From: Dimorphilus gyrociliatus
Lineage: Eukaryota; Animalia; Annelida
Length of the DNA: 64,000 nucleotides
Reading direction: 5' to 3'
Assembly: GCA_904063045.1 (NCBI GenBank)
Contig: CAJFCJ010000004.1
Span: forward strand, 1,729,713 to 1,793,712
Shown: one piece after another, positions 24,934 to 37,824 of the stretch
Layout: each line of letters opens with the position of its first letter
Position numbering within the stretch: position 1 is the first letter of the stretch
Made by a program: the position numbers and the translations under genes
Notes under the pieces: model-generated
Seen by the model: only the letters and a program-made list of their open reading frames with translations
Databases searched by the model: none
Told to the model about the DNA's origin: nothing

Positions 24934-25266
24934 ATGCTGAGGAAGACGGACACTTCGGGAACGAAGAAATACGCAAAATACAGTAGAATTATGAAAAAGC
25001 AAACTTCCGGTCAAAAGTAACCCTAAGGCTTTTAATTCTGTTTTTTTAGACTACAATAATAACTTGCTACTTTCTTTAGAATGAATGCCGAAGGGGAAAG
25101 ACGGCCAATGAATACGATTGACGGTCTCTGGAATAGAATTTGTATGGCTAAATCAAAATGGCGTCTAAACGCTGCTAGAAAAGCGGCAGTTACAGAATCT
25201 ATGGCCGCCGCTCGCCTTCAAGCAAGGTTATTGCAGCAAGAGCGCATTTTAATGGGTTTGAGTTAG
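24934..25266 (+). CDS. Putative 89-aa basic microprotein; exons 24934-25016 and 25080-25266
   Basis: MLRKTDTSGTKKYAKYSRIMKKQTSGQK|MNAEGERRP...GLS*. A 63-nt phase-2 intron (GTAACC...TTTCTTTAG) joins the two frames. The region is more GC-rich than its flanks. Confidence 0.55.
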
Positions 25267-25411
25267 GAAATCTGTATTGAAACAATTTGAGTTATATACA
25301 ATTGAAAAGACGGATGAACACAAAATAAATGAATTACGCAGAATTCGAGAAAATTTTTTTTTCTTTAGAAGTTAATACTTTGCGGTAGTTAACTCTGCAG
25401 CTTTTTTTATA

Positions 25412-28400
25412 TTAATGAAAATAAGTTGGGAAATATTTACGCCTATTTCTTTTCCGGTAGCGTGGATCGTTGCGAGAATGTTTGACGTCGGCGTGCCGTC
25501 GAACGACTAGTTTTACTTCAGCCTGATTAGCGTTGATTGCATAGAAAACATTGGTCTTTATTTCGTTAGTATCGACGAAATCGTATTCTGTTTAGAAAGT
25601 AATTAAAAATTTCATAAATTTGTTCGCATTTTTAGTTGATGACGGGAAATTAATTACTAATTACTAATAATTAACGTAGATTAAAAACAACATAAAATTT
25701 AAAATTCTCACCTCCTCCATTATCTAGCACCTGTGACAAACAGAATTTCTCTACTTTCTCCATTAAATCTGGTCTGGAAAACTTATCAAAAATTCTTTCA
25801 AGAACGGTTCTTATTCTATCGTCATTATATATACGAATACTTTTGTAAAAGACCGTCTTGTCCATAATTCGGCTATCCAAGATTACTTTAGCAACTATAG
25901 TGCCATCAGACTCTGCTAAATTACCAACCGATATTGATCTATTTAAGGTTGCTACAGGGGTTGACAATGTTGATCCATTTCCGTTAACAGTACCATTTTC
26001 GAGAGTTCTAAAAAGTGATGGATTTGAAGAATTTAGGGATGAAGCCTTGCTTAATTGACGGCTTGTAAAAATGGCTCTACTTTTACTACGCTTATGTTTG
26101 ATTGGGTCAATTTCTAGCGACATTTGGAAAGACTCCTTATCCGAATATCGTCTGATATGTTGATAAAACCATTCATGAAAAACAGGATCCCTCTCGAAAT
26201 TGTAGTTACCAGCGGAAACTTGCATAAGTTTAATTTGAGCAAGCATTTCTGCTTCTCTTCTGCGCTTTTCGAAATTAATTAGACCACCTTCAACGTAGTC
26301 TTCCATACTTTCGCTTAAATGTATGAAATCTCTTAGGAAAGACCCGAAAAAGGGAACACTCCCATAAGCTGAATCTGGGTCATCTATTCTTCTCTTTGTA
26401 TTATTCTTTATTCGTTGACTTATACCAATTGAATTGGCATCAATACCTTTTGCTGTACCTTCTTTTTGAATAAGATATTTAAAGGTTATTTCTCTAGAAT
26501 CAGTTGAGAAAACAGAGTTTAATTCATCAAAAACTTGTTTAGATTCTTTACTGACATGTTTCCAGACTGATTTTAGTCGGTAAACACTTTCTACCTTCAG
26601 CCCGGATATGACAGCTAAAGTACTAGAAAAGTTTTTCAATATCCTCAATTCACTTGCTATTTCAATCCATTTCTCAATTCTCTTACCTCTCAATTTGGAG
26701 CTTAATTTCGGATCATTCAAAACAGTCGAGTATACGGCCATGGCAACGAGATTAAAGTGTTCAACAGTGGCTGAAACAGTTGATGAAGGGTTATCAGCAG
26801 TTTTTGTTCTTTTACTCCAGTTACAAGGCAGACACTGATGCCTTATTACTGCTTTAAATAGTCTTGCATCTTCGCTAGTAATTTGTTTAGCAAAAACTTC
26901 ATTAGGTATATCCTCAAACCGCAAAGGATGGCTGAGTCCGTGGAATGACACTGTACGCGGAAATCCACGCCTTGAACGAGAATCCTCCTCAAAGTCTGAA
27001 CTAGACGAATCCATGCTAAGAGAGTCACCAGATTCTTGATGTAAGCAACGTTCTAACCTTCCTTGAACACGTGTTGTCAGATCCATTTGATTTCCCAGGG
27101 TTATTTTGCAAAATTCTTGTAATTTAAGTAATAATTTAAAGGGTGGAGTATTAAAGTCATAAGGATGTGCATTAAGCCAAACACCTAAAAATGTTCGCAG
27201 GGTTTTAAGTGTAGTCTCCTTTACTGTTTCTTTAATCGTAGAATCAGCTGAGACTATTCTGTATCTATGAAAAAAGAGCAGAGAAAATAATAGATATATA
27301 ATTTGTACTACATTTAACTAAAACATATTTTGGCCTCTTTAAAAGAATTTTGCACGATAAACTAGGTAAACAAATAAATATTCCTGTACGCGTTGGAATG
27401 ATAGGAATGCAGCTAAGATCAGCTAAGATACTAACCGTTCTATTACTTTCTCTAACAATTCTTCAGCAGTGGTAAATGACCTGTATGTGTCCAAAACTAC
27501 GTTAACGTGTGGGCAGTTCATCTCGCCGTCTTTTTCCGTAATACATTCGACAATTTTTTGAATTGTTCCGGCTTTTATCACATGTATTTCCTGCAGACGC
27601 CATTGCAAACCTTCCGTGTCCTTAGAGAGATAAGAAGAGAAGAGAAAAGAAAAGAAGAGAGAGAGGTGGGAAGGGGGGAAGAAAGGGAGACAAAAAAAAA
27701 CAAAAATTAAATAAAATAGCATAAAAAGAAGTTTTAATTTAAATAAATTAATGTTTTTTTCGTTTCGAATAAAATAAAGTGCCAAAGATTTTTTTTATAA
27801 ATTCCTTCTATTACCTGTATTAATTTACACAGCTTTCGTTTATTCCATCTAGAATAAAGTTCCATATGCATCATAGAACATTATAAATGAGCTAGAAGCC
27901 AGATGTGTATGTTTTTTAAGATTCTTTACACAAATCTATAATGTGTGATCGACGGACACTTTTAGTTGACTGACCCGAATGTAGCTTATTAGCAAAACAT
28001 TTCGAATTGGCAATTATACTAATTAGTTTGAAAACAATAGATAAGTTATCTCTTATAATCATCTCCGCCTACCAGTCCTTTATACCGTTTAAGTATTTAA
28101 CTATAAGCGTGTATGGCACGTGTAAAGTAACATTCTAAAATATTGTTTGCTTAGATTTTTCAATATTCTAATACGTAAAATTACTCACACAGTCGTCAGC
28201 GGTCTCTAGAATTAGTGTTGTCGATTTCTGAGATCTTGGAAATGTTTGAACCCTGGCTGCGTATTGCACCTTTTTGAAGAAAACATCAAAAACAGCATCG
28301 GCTGACTTCTCTTCCCTAAAGAACTGCAGTCCGTCCTCCTGTCGACGTAAGAGAATAGTCATAAATATATTAGCTTAATACTCAATTTCTTCACTATTAT

Positions 28401-28770
28401 CGGACTAAAACTGACAAAAAACTGGCCAAATAGATGCAAGAAAGAATTGTGGGAGGAATTTAAGCAATTATTTACAGTAATGGTACCTGCTTTTGTCTTT
28501 TCCTCGTTAAAGTACAAAGGTACATTTTATTAGTGTAAAGAGCCGGACACCGAAAATCAATATGTATTTCGAGTACTTAAATTATACAAGGGAATACAAA
28601 CTAAAAACATGAGTACTGTGTAGGTGAATGAACGTAAATAAAAACACATGCTGAACACCCGAGAATTGATTTGAGAACAATACAGGTATACTTACAGGTG
28701 GTAAGGGTATATACCAGGTTGTATTCGATAAATATTCATCTTCCATAATTTGTTTACGCGTCCAGCGCAT
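25412..28770 (-). CDS. RALGDS: RalGDS/RGL-family Ral guanine-nucleotide exchange factor. Exons 28770-28715, 28315-28189, 27620-27436, 27264-25712, 25587-25412.
   Basis: W|EEKSADAVFDVFFKKVQY N-terminal motif, REM domain (IKAGTIQKIVE...LDTYRSFTTAEELL), CDC25 domain (KRIEKWIEIASELRILKNFSS, GSVPFFGSFLRD, INFEKRRRE), and C-terminal RA domain (YKSIRIYNDD). Confidence 0.9.
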
Positions 28771-30741
28771 ACGAGTAAGGGTAACAGGCCTGAAAATAAA
28801 CGAAAATCGTATATAAACTAAAAATCTCTCCTTCTAGATCACGTGATGCACGTTTGTACTAAAGCAGCTCCATTCATAGCGAAAACAATTTTGATTTGTG
28901 TATATTTTTAAATAGAATTACTGAAATAGTAAAGAATATTCGTACACAGTTGAAATGTTAAGCGATATTTTATGTTTGAATGATAAATCAACTACATTTT
29001 GTCCTCACTGTATTGTAAAGGAAAAAAAGTATTGTTTACAAACGATCAAAAACTTACTTTAAATGGAAATTGAGCCATCAATTATGGTCCAAAGGCTCAT
29101 TTTTACCAATCGTGTTACTCTAGCGTAATTTTAAGATATCTTATTGATAAGCAATCAATTTTATTATTCTATTGCTAATCTATCAAAATTTCTGACTCAC
29201 CACGACCACACCTGATAAAGTGACGCCGTTGAATTGAGTTCCAGTGATTTTTCATATTAATTTTAAGCAAAGTTAATAAACTTTTATACTTACTTGATAG
29301 GAAATTTTTATGATAATAACTAAGCAATTTTCACCTTTTCTCATAAACTAGGTATTGTTATTAGTCTAGGAAAGTATACTTTGCATAGGCGTAGTAATAC
29401 AGGTTAGGAATTCCTGGGGATTTCTGCTAACAGTCACGCTTAATCATACATTGGCCCTTCATAAACATAGAGTTTTTATTTATATTCTTATTCACCGCTT
29501 AACGAGTAAATTATCATACTAATCAACCATGACTAATTAATAATAATCTTTTTATCAGAGTTTACTAAATATAAATATTTAGAAAAAGATATAATTTTCA
29601 AAAGAAAAAACAGATAACATAAGCCTGAACGATAATACAGGTTTAAAAAAGTTTTAATAAATCTAAAATACTGAAAAAGAATGATGCTATGATCTAAGCA
29701 TAGAAACATGTTTGTAGATCTAAAGTATTGTTTCCAAATACTTACCATCTTAATTACTGTTTGTATGGCATACGTTAGGTTATAATAACAAGGGCAGGTT
29801 TGAACTTTAAAAGATCAAAAAAATATTATTGTAATTCTTTTTCGCTTTTAGATAAAAATCGATTGTTGTTTAAAGAAATTTTTCTCATGGTATACGCTCC
29901 ATTTGAGTAATAAAGGGACCTCGATTTATTTTATCCTTCCCAGTATTAACCCAGAAAAAAAGGCTTAAGAACTTATAGCACCGTAGTATAATCAGTGAAT
30001 ACTTTGGGAACAATTTTTAGGGGGAAGCTCATTGATTTATTGTCGTAAAGATATATAACTATCGTAACACTATAAATTATCCCGCAAGGGCCCCAATCCT
30101 CTAGTCGAGATAGAGGTGGCTGTGATACAAAACAAGAAAAATAAAGCAAAAGTCGTACTGGTTCGCCATCTATAGGATATTTATTTAACTAATGCAAAAA
30201 TATATTGCGAACAATTAGCTGTGTGTATTGTTTAAAATAACCAAAAAGAATAATGGTAAGATAATATTTCAAGTTTTATCGACTTGAAATAATTGAAATT
30301 AGGTTATTTATATATAAAAATATATATTTATATAATAAATAGTATAATTCAATATATAAACTATAGTTATAAACAATATGCTTCCATAAATGTATTATAT
30401 CGAGCGTCATAATACTAATTAAATTGATTCATAGAAACGAGATGACGTAATTCGTTCATTTTTTCTATCATTTTCTAATCTATCTATAAAGAAAACAACT
30501 CTACATATCGATTTATTTTTTTCCTCTCTTTCTCTATATCGTTTTATCAATTGTTCTCTTCTTTATCTCGGTTAAATTATAATATAACTTGATATTTCCT
30601 ATACAAATTTTGTCTGTTATTTACTTAAATTTATCGTTATTTTCCAGTTATTATAATTAAATAGTTAAATAATTCAATGTAATGTAACAAATAGATTATA
30701 TGTATATATATACTGTATTATAAACATTTTTCTTTCATACA

Positions 30742-30774
<33 letters not shown>

Positions 30775-32099
30775 AAGAAAGAAAGAATGAAAAATGAGAA
30801 AGTTATTAGACCTAATAACCTTTTTTCTATTTGATAAAAAAAAGTAGAGTATAAAAAAACGAACTTAATAAATTCATAAAGTTTTCTTTCCTTTTTGTTT
30901 TTTCTATTTCAATATATTAAAATTAAAAAAAAGAAAGAAAGAAAAAAGAGAAATGAAAGGGGAAATTTGATTATTCTTATAGCTCTTTCTCTCTTTTAAT
31001 AAAAAAGAATTCGAAATATGGAATAAAGGTTTTTTTTTTCAATAATATTTGTACTTTGGCTATGAAAATATCATGCTAATAAACTGTCTAATTTAAAAAG
31101 AGTGTATAATTCTTCTAGCTCTACTATAAATTATATAAAATATATTACATTTAAAGACTATATATACAATTTTCCCTATGTTATACTAAACTATACATTT
31201 AACTATTCATCCTGTCTAATTTCTCCTTGACAAGGTTAAATTGGACTGTTGTTAATTCTTATAAAAATAATTTTGTTTACAGTTTATTTTCATCAATTGA
31301 GAATTATTTTATCATCTTATTGTTGTGCTTTTCTTTACATTTGTTACAAATTCGTGACAAATTGGTTTACTCTTGATTTCGTTTATTAATTACGCTAGAG
31401 CCTTCAATTTTTTTAAGACAAAGTAACTCATCAATTAATGATATATATATATTATATTATACGCCGTATTTATTATTTATAGAAAGAGAGGTAAAAAAAA
31501 GAGAGAGAGAGGGGATAATACATTTTTGCTCTCATTTTAAATATCCTTTAAAAACTGACTTTCTTTAAATTAGTTTCATTATTTAGTAATTACTGTCTAA
31601 TTTACATTGTTCTGTCAGTTTTTTAAACACTGTCCTTTTATTTATTAGTAAAAAACTCTGAATATTCTATATTTCAAACACCAAAATACAGAAAACGTCT
31701 TATATAACGTTATTATTATTCATTTATGCCTTTTGAATGAATTTTAGAAGTGGATATACTTTTTTCTTTTGTTTGACAGACAACACTTTTTCATATAATC
31801 AATTCTTTAGTAGATCATTTTAAAGAAAGAGATATACATTAATCAGCTCTAAAAATAGATAAATTCTCATATTATAAAACATTCTCAAGATGAATTTAAC
31901 TTTTAGACACAATACTCAAAGGATTATTCAAGGGTCTTCAGTGTAGGTGTTTACGTCTTAAACTAGGCAAATGCAATTTATCACTTTGTCAACATGAAAG
32001 AGAAATGGTTGACGTTAATTGTTAAGTTGGCAGTAATTACGATTTTCTTGTAATGTATGTACAAGTTTCAACCAATCGAAGCCTGCAAAATGTGTTTTG

Positions 32100-32101
<2 letters not shown>

Positions 32102-32136
<35 letters not shown>

Positions 32137-32162
32137 ATATATATATTTTATATATATATATA
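32102..32162. repeat. (TA)n microsatellite and AT tract just upstream of the peptide-precursor gene
   Basis: Pure TA run followed by a degenerate TA tract. Confidence 0.9.
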
Positions 32163-32207
32163 TTTATTTATATTTATATTGTATTATATTAATATATAAG
32201 TAAAGAG

Positions 32208-32807
32208 ATGGCTGGCTACGCGACACATTGTAGTATCAGTTGTATACCGAAAGCAAGGCAAATAATGGTAAGTTTAAGATTGAATTAAATTATAGATCCA
32301 TTTCTTTTCAACATTTATTGAGCACAGGTCGATCTCAAGACGATGTTTCTCATTTTTATTCTTCTGCTGTCCTTTGTTTCTAATTCCAGTCAGAATGAAG
32401 GTATAACTTTAACTTTAAATAATAAACAATATAATATATTGATACTGCATATATTGTATATATACTGTATATTTATATAGATAGATATAACATAAGATAA
32501 TGTATAAATACTTTATATATTAAATTATGTATGAAACATATATAAATCGCTAGAAATGAGCTTTTAATGAAAAGATATAGCCGTAAAACTTTTTCTTTGA
32601 CCTTTTATCATTATATTTTCTCCCTTTACAGATTACCTTCTAGAAAGTAGAGAAGGACCAGTACCTTTACTGAAAAGAGCTGCGACAGAATTAGCGAAGA
32701 GACGAGCCAAACCCAAAGTGATTATGTGCCAACTCTGTTTGATGATGTCTATGGCTCATTGTGACCCACTACTATTCTGCTCCTCCCGACCCCCTTTTCG
32801 TATTTAA
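32208..32807 (+). CDS. Candidate secreted peptide or neuropeptide precursor. Exons 32208-32267, 32328-32400, 32632-32807; alternative starts at 32265 or 32343.
   Basis: Three exons join in frame through canonical introns: MAGYATHCSISCIPKARQIM|VDLKTMFLIFILLLSFVSNSSQNE|DYLLESREGPVPLLKRAATELAKRRAKPKVIMCQLCLMMSMAHCDPLLFCSSRPPFRI*. It has a signal peptide, KR and KRR sites, and a four-Cys C-terminal peptide. Confidence 0.7.
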
Positions 32808-34011
32808 ATGGATTCATTTGACTAATTTTCTTCTATTTTAATAAAATCATTATAGCAAGAATGAAAGACTTTTTGCGCATATCAATTTATTTTATTTTTA
32901 TATTTCCTCATTAAAATATTAATATGAACATTTTTTTGTTCTTTTATTCTTTTCTCATACTGAAAAGAGGGATTTTTTTTTGTATAAGTAGTATTAACTA
33001 ATTAACTATTCTTTCTGAATATTTAATTATTTACACGATTAGTTCATTATTCATAAAAATTCATTCAAAAATTCCCTTAGAATTTTGATGCGCTTACCTT
33101 ACCTTGTTTTCTGACAATTGCATTTTACGCCATCTATCGTCTTGGGGAATTTTCAAATGGTACTTGATACCTTGTTTTGGAACAAGGATTCTCTTTCAAA
33201 TTATCAGTATATAAATCTCAAATGAGACGATTTGCTAACAATTTAGTTTTTAAATTCCTTTATAGCGACCCTTTATTTGACTGAATAGCTATCTTTCAAC
33301 AACGCTTGTAATTCCTACTGTAAATAAAAAATACCTGACCTTTCACCTCCTCATCTTTCGTCGAAATTAATTTTTTGCCTAAGGTAATTACACATAATGT
33401 TGTAACCTAGATACTAGGCGAGAAATCTGTTTGTCCATTTTGTTCAGACTATTTAATTATAAATTCTAAACTCCTAAGTGTACATTTAGGCCTAGTTTAG
33501 CAGGGAAAGAAATCTATTAATCATACATAATCCTCACTTAAACAGGGTATTTTTTTTATTATCTACTTATCCACGATGGAATTTTAAAAGTTTGGTCAGA
33601 GTTTAATTAATCTGTGTTTTTACGTGTTTGTATGTGTTTTTTTATCTTACTTTTCTTTCCCTCTCCTTTCTTTTTTGTATGTATTTCCTCTTGTTTATTG
33701 TTTTCTTTCCTGTATATACAGTATATATATATATGTATATAAGGAGAGAGAGAGAGAGAGTATTTAAATTATTATTTGAGCTAAATGTAGGAAACCTTTT
33801 GAATTTAACAATGCAGCAGACTCGTAAATTAATAAATGTAAACTGCAAAATGTGATACTACAATAAAAGATAAGTATAATATCAGACTTAAATAATTGAA
33901 GAAGGGAGAAATAGCACTACTATTTCATTTTCCTCTTTATTTTTATTAGAATGAAAAAGAGTAAAAACAAACACAAGAGTTAGATCTATATTAGTATATA
34001 TAGAGAGATAG

Positions 34012-34044
<33 letters not shown>

Positions 34045-34234
34045 TGTAAATTAGTAACTTAGAGATTTAAAATTTTACTAAATTTCATTTCATTAATCAT
34101 AATTTATTAAACTGTACCCCAGTCTAAAAATTGAAAAATAGAGTTAACCGAGGAGAAATTAGCATAGTGTGTTGTCATATCGTTTCCTTGGTCTTCAAGT
34201 ATCAAAGAACATAGGAAAAAAATTATTACTTTTT

Positions 34235-36493
34235 CTATTTATCACCACTCGCAGCACGTTTTAGTAATTCTCTTGCAATAATAAGTCTCTGGATTTGGGA
34301 GGTACCCTCGTAAATCTGTTTTTAAAACAAAAAAAAGAAAGGGAGTATATAAAAAAGCGAGGAGAGTTAGTAAAAAAGGATAGGAATAAGAAAGGATACA
34401 ATAGATAAATAGATAGATGAAATGGAACGAAATAAAGGACAAAACAAATTTGAAAATATAACGTTATTTATATAAATTAGAATAGATTTAATTAAAACAA
34501 TTTAATTATTTAAATTATTCATTCTAATTACCTGTAAGATTTTAGCATCTCTCATCAACTTTTCAGCTGGATATTCTGTATTGTAGCCATTGCCTCCAAA
34601 TATCTGAAGGAGAATTATATTACAAATAATTTAATTCTTTTTCATCGTCTGTATAATACTTGTTTTTATTGCACTTTAATTAAATATACGCTGGTTTTAT
34701 TTAGTTATTTATATTACAAACTTTCTAAAAATATATATTACATTGGTTTAATTAAAACATACCTGAACGCAATCGGAAGCGGCTTTATTTGCGAAATCAG
34801 CAGCGAATGCCTTAGATATTGAGGCAAAATAGGTACTCCTTCGACCTGAACCTAAACCCATTTACAAATAGTGAAAATCGTAACTCGAAGCAAGCAAATA
34901 TCCAATTAGCACTTTTAACAACAAACAAACCTATATCTAATTCGAATGCTCCTTTATACGTTAAAAGACGAGCCGCCTCAACGTTAATTGCCATTTCGGC
35001 TATCATAAACTGAACAGCTTGATGCTGTAAGGTATATAATAAACTTTTAATTATTCTTTTATTGTTCCTGTATTTGTTTATTCATCTCAATGCTATAAAA
35101 CCAACTTACCTTAGCAATAACTTCACCAAAAGTCTTACGCTCTAAAGAATATTTTGTTGCTTCATCCAAAGCTCTTTGAGCTATGCCTACACCGATCGCA
35201 GCTACCTGTTAAGTCAATAATAGCATTTTTTTTTAAATATTAGTAATTATGAATAATAGCTTTATTACAGGCGGTCTGGTCCTGTCGAATACTCCCATAG
35301 CAATTTTAAAGCCTTCTCCCTCTTTTCCAATAACGTTCTGCACAAAAAAAATCAGAAAAAGCGTATAATTTTTTTCTATTTATCATATTTCCTTAATTGT
35401 CTAATTTAGAAACAGTGTTAGAAACCTTGGCCGGAACCACGACGTCCTCGAAGAAAACCGCCCTCGTATCTGAAGCCCTCTGACCCATGTTGATTTCCTA
35501 TTGGAAAGAGTTTAGGTAAATTGAATAAGTGCGCTCTGTCAAACTCTTATAGCTAACTAATCGTATAAAAAGGGATATTTGCAGTACGTATGTAACTTTT
35601 CAAATTGATAAAACAAGCGTAATGGTACCTTTTTTCCGGGGCTTAAACCAGGTGAATCAGCATCAACAATAAAAGCTGTAAAACCATTCGCGGCAGAGTC
35701 ACCAGTCTTAGTTAAAACAAAGTACCAATTGGCAACTCCCCCATTTGTTATCCACATCTGTTGTTTATAATAAGAAAGATAATGGAAAAAAAGAGAAAAG
35801 AAAATATATTATTTTAAAACTATTATTCTATTCGCAAAAAAAAGAGATGGAGGAAAAAAAGAGAGAAAGAGAGAGAGAGAGAGAAGAACAAACGCGTTAC
35901 ACTTATGGCCTATAAAAACGGAGGGGGGAGAAGAATAAAAAAAAAGATATCGTATATTTTCAACTTATATACAAAATAAAAAAAAACTAAGTAAAAAATT
36001 GTTTGTACGTAAATTTTCTCAGAGATCAAATTCCAAATGAAAATCGGCAGAATATTTTTCGTTTTCAGGCAACAACAACAAAAAAATAACAAATATTCAA
36101 CTTTTTTTCTCTTACTCTCTTTTTTTTTCTTTTTTATTTATTTAAAATAAAAATTTATATACAATTTATTTATATTTTACTCATTTATCAAAATATCATC
36201 TAAGAAGTAGTTTATTTTACAAGATTATAGGCCTATTATGAGATAAAAATTTTGATAATAGTATTATAAAGTATATAAATTTATATACTTTCATATGGAT
36301 ATTGTTAAGTTTTAATTGTATTTAAGATATAGAATAATTACTTTTCTTCTCTTTAAAGCAATATTTAAATAGATAGAACAATTTTATAACTTTTAAAACG
36401 ATGACATATGTTAAAGGAGGGGGGATAGAAAAAAAGTTTGATTGTAATATATTTGAGCTGAAAATTTTAAACTATTGCACCTGTTGCATAAAA

Positions 36494-36528
<35 letters not shown>

Positions 36529-37553
36529 TTGACGTAAAGAAAGAAGAATAAAAACTAAAAAAAAGTTGACCGAAGTTTACAATATTAAAATTGACTTGAT
36601 TTATAGTTATTCATACTATTTTTACCTTAGATCCATTTAAGACGTATTCGTCCCCTTTTTTAACCGCTTTAGTTTTTATACTAGCTACATCTGATCCTGC
36701 GCTTGGCTCGGTAACACAATATGCCTAAATATAGAATAATAATAATCATTTTCATTTTTTTTGGGCTAGAAAATTGTTTTTATTTTAGAAATCATTAAAA
36801 ATCGCTTTTTTTTTCTCTTTTTTCTTTCAACTAGTTTTAACTTACGGCAACGACGGGTTCGGCTACTAATCTTCCTAGATATTCTCTTTTAAGATTGTCA
36901 CTTCCAGCTAAAATCAATGGAGTTTGCTAGGGAATAAAAAATACAATGGAGAAATTTGAATATTTAATAATTAAAAAAAAATTTGATAAAGTTAATTAGG
37001 TAAAAATATAAATGCTTTTTACAGCTAATTGACTGGCTCCAATTGCTGTTGCACATGCAGCACAACCGTAAGATAATTCCTCGGCAATAATAACATCATC
37101 CATAAAGGTCAGCCCGGGTCCACCATATTCAGTTGGTATATGAGTATTTGTTAATCCTAGATCCCATGCTTTTTGAAGTATTGGCCAAGGATACTAAAAA
37201 GATATTGAATTTTTCTATAAGAGCATGTAACAATCGATTGAATGGACCTGTATACCTCTCCTGTTCTATCATATTCCGCGGCCTTAGGTATGATCTCTTC
37301 CCTACTAAACTTTCTAGCAAGATTACGAATTTCCAATTGTTCACTAGTAAGATCTAATCAATGAAAATATAATTAAAGGTTAAAATCGAACTAAATTATC
37401 GCGTACTTAGTGAAAATCCATTGGATTGCCTCGTAATCAATGATGTAGAAAAAGATCGGGAAATTTGCTGTTTTTAGAAATCACAATGTTTTACTTGTAA
37501 CTTTAGTTAAGTACGTCCCGAAAACTTACGAGTGCTTTAATCAGATTTCTCAT
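34235..37553 (-). CDS. ACADM: Medium-chain acyl-CoA dehydrogenase, mitochondrial (multi-exon)
   Basis: [32 protein letters not shown]|[63 protein letters not shown]|[15 protein letters not shown]. Confidence 0.95.
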
Positions 37554-37824
37554 CTGTTTTGTTTAGATATGCGTTATCACTTGAACTAGGAAGACTTCTT
37601 ACGTAACCTTGTTTGAGTAAAGTTTGCCAGTTTTTATAGCATAGAAGAGTACTTTACTGAATGGTACTAGTTGGTAGGTGATGGGATTTGCTAGGAAAGG
37701 ACCCTAAGGGAAATTGGAGCACGAGCCGCACTATATTTTAAAATGGTATTTCGCGCTGTAAAGTACATAAAAAATTCCGCGTTTATCGAGTTTCACAGTG
37801 GCGCCTGCTTGCACCGCTCGCGTT
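37554..37824. promoter_or_regulatory. Probable bidirectional promoter (ACADM / zinc-finger gene)
   Basis: About 270 nt, CpG-richer than flanks, between a minus-strand ATG (37553) and a plus-strand ATG|GTAAGT (37825). Confidence 0.45.
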
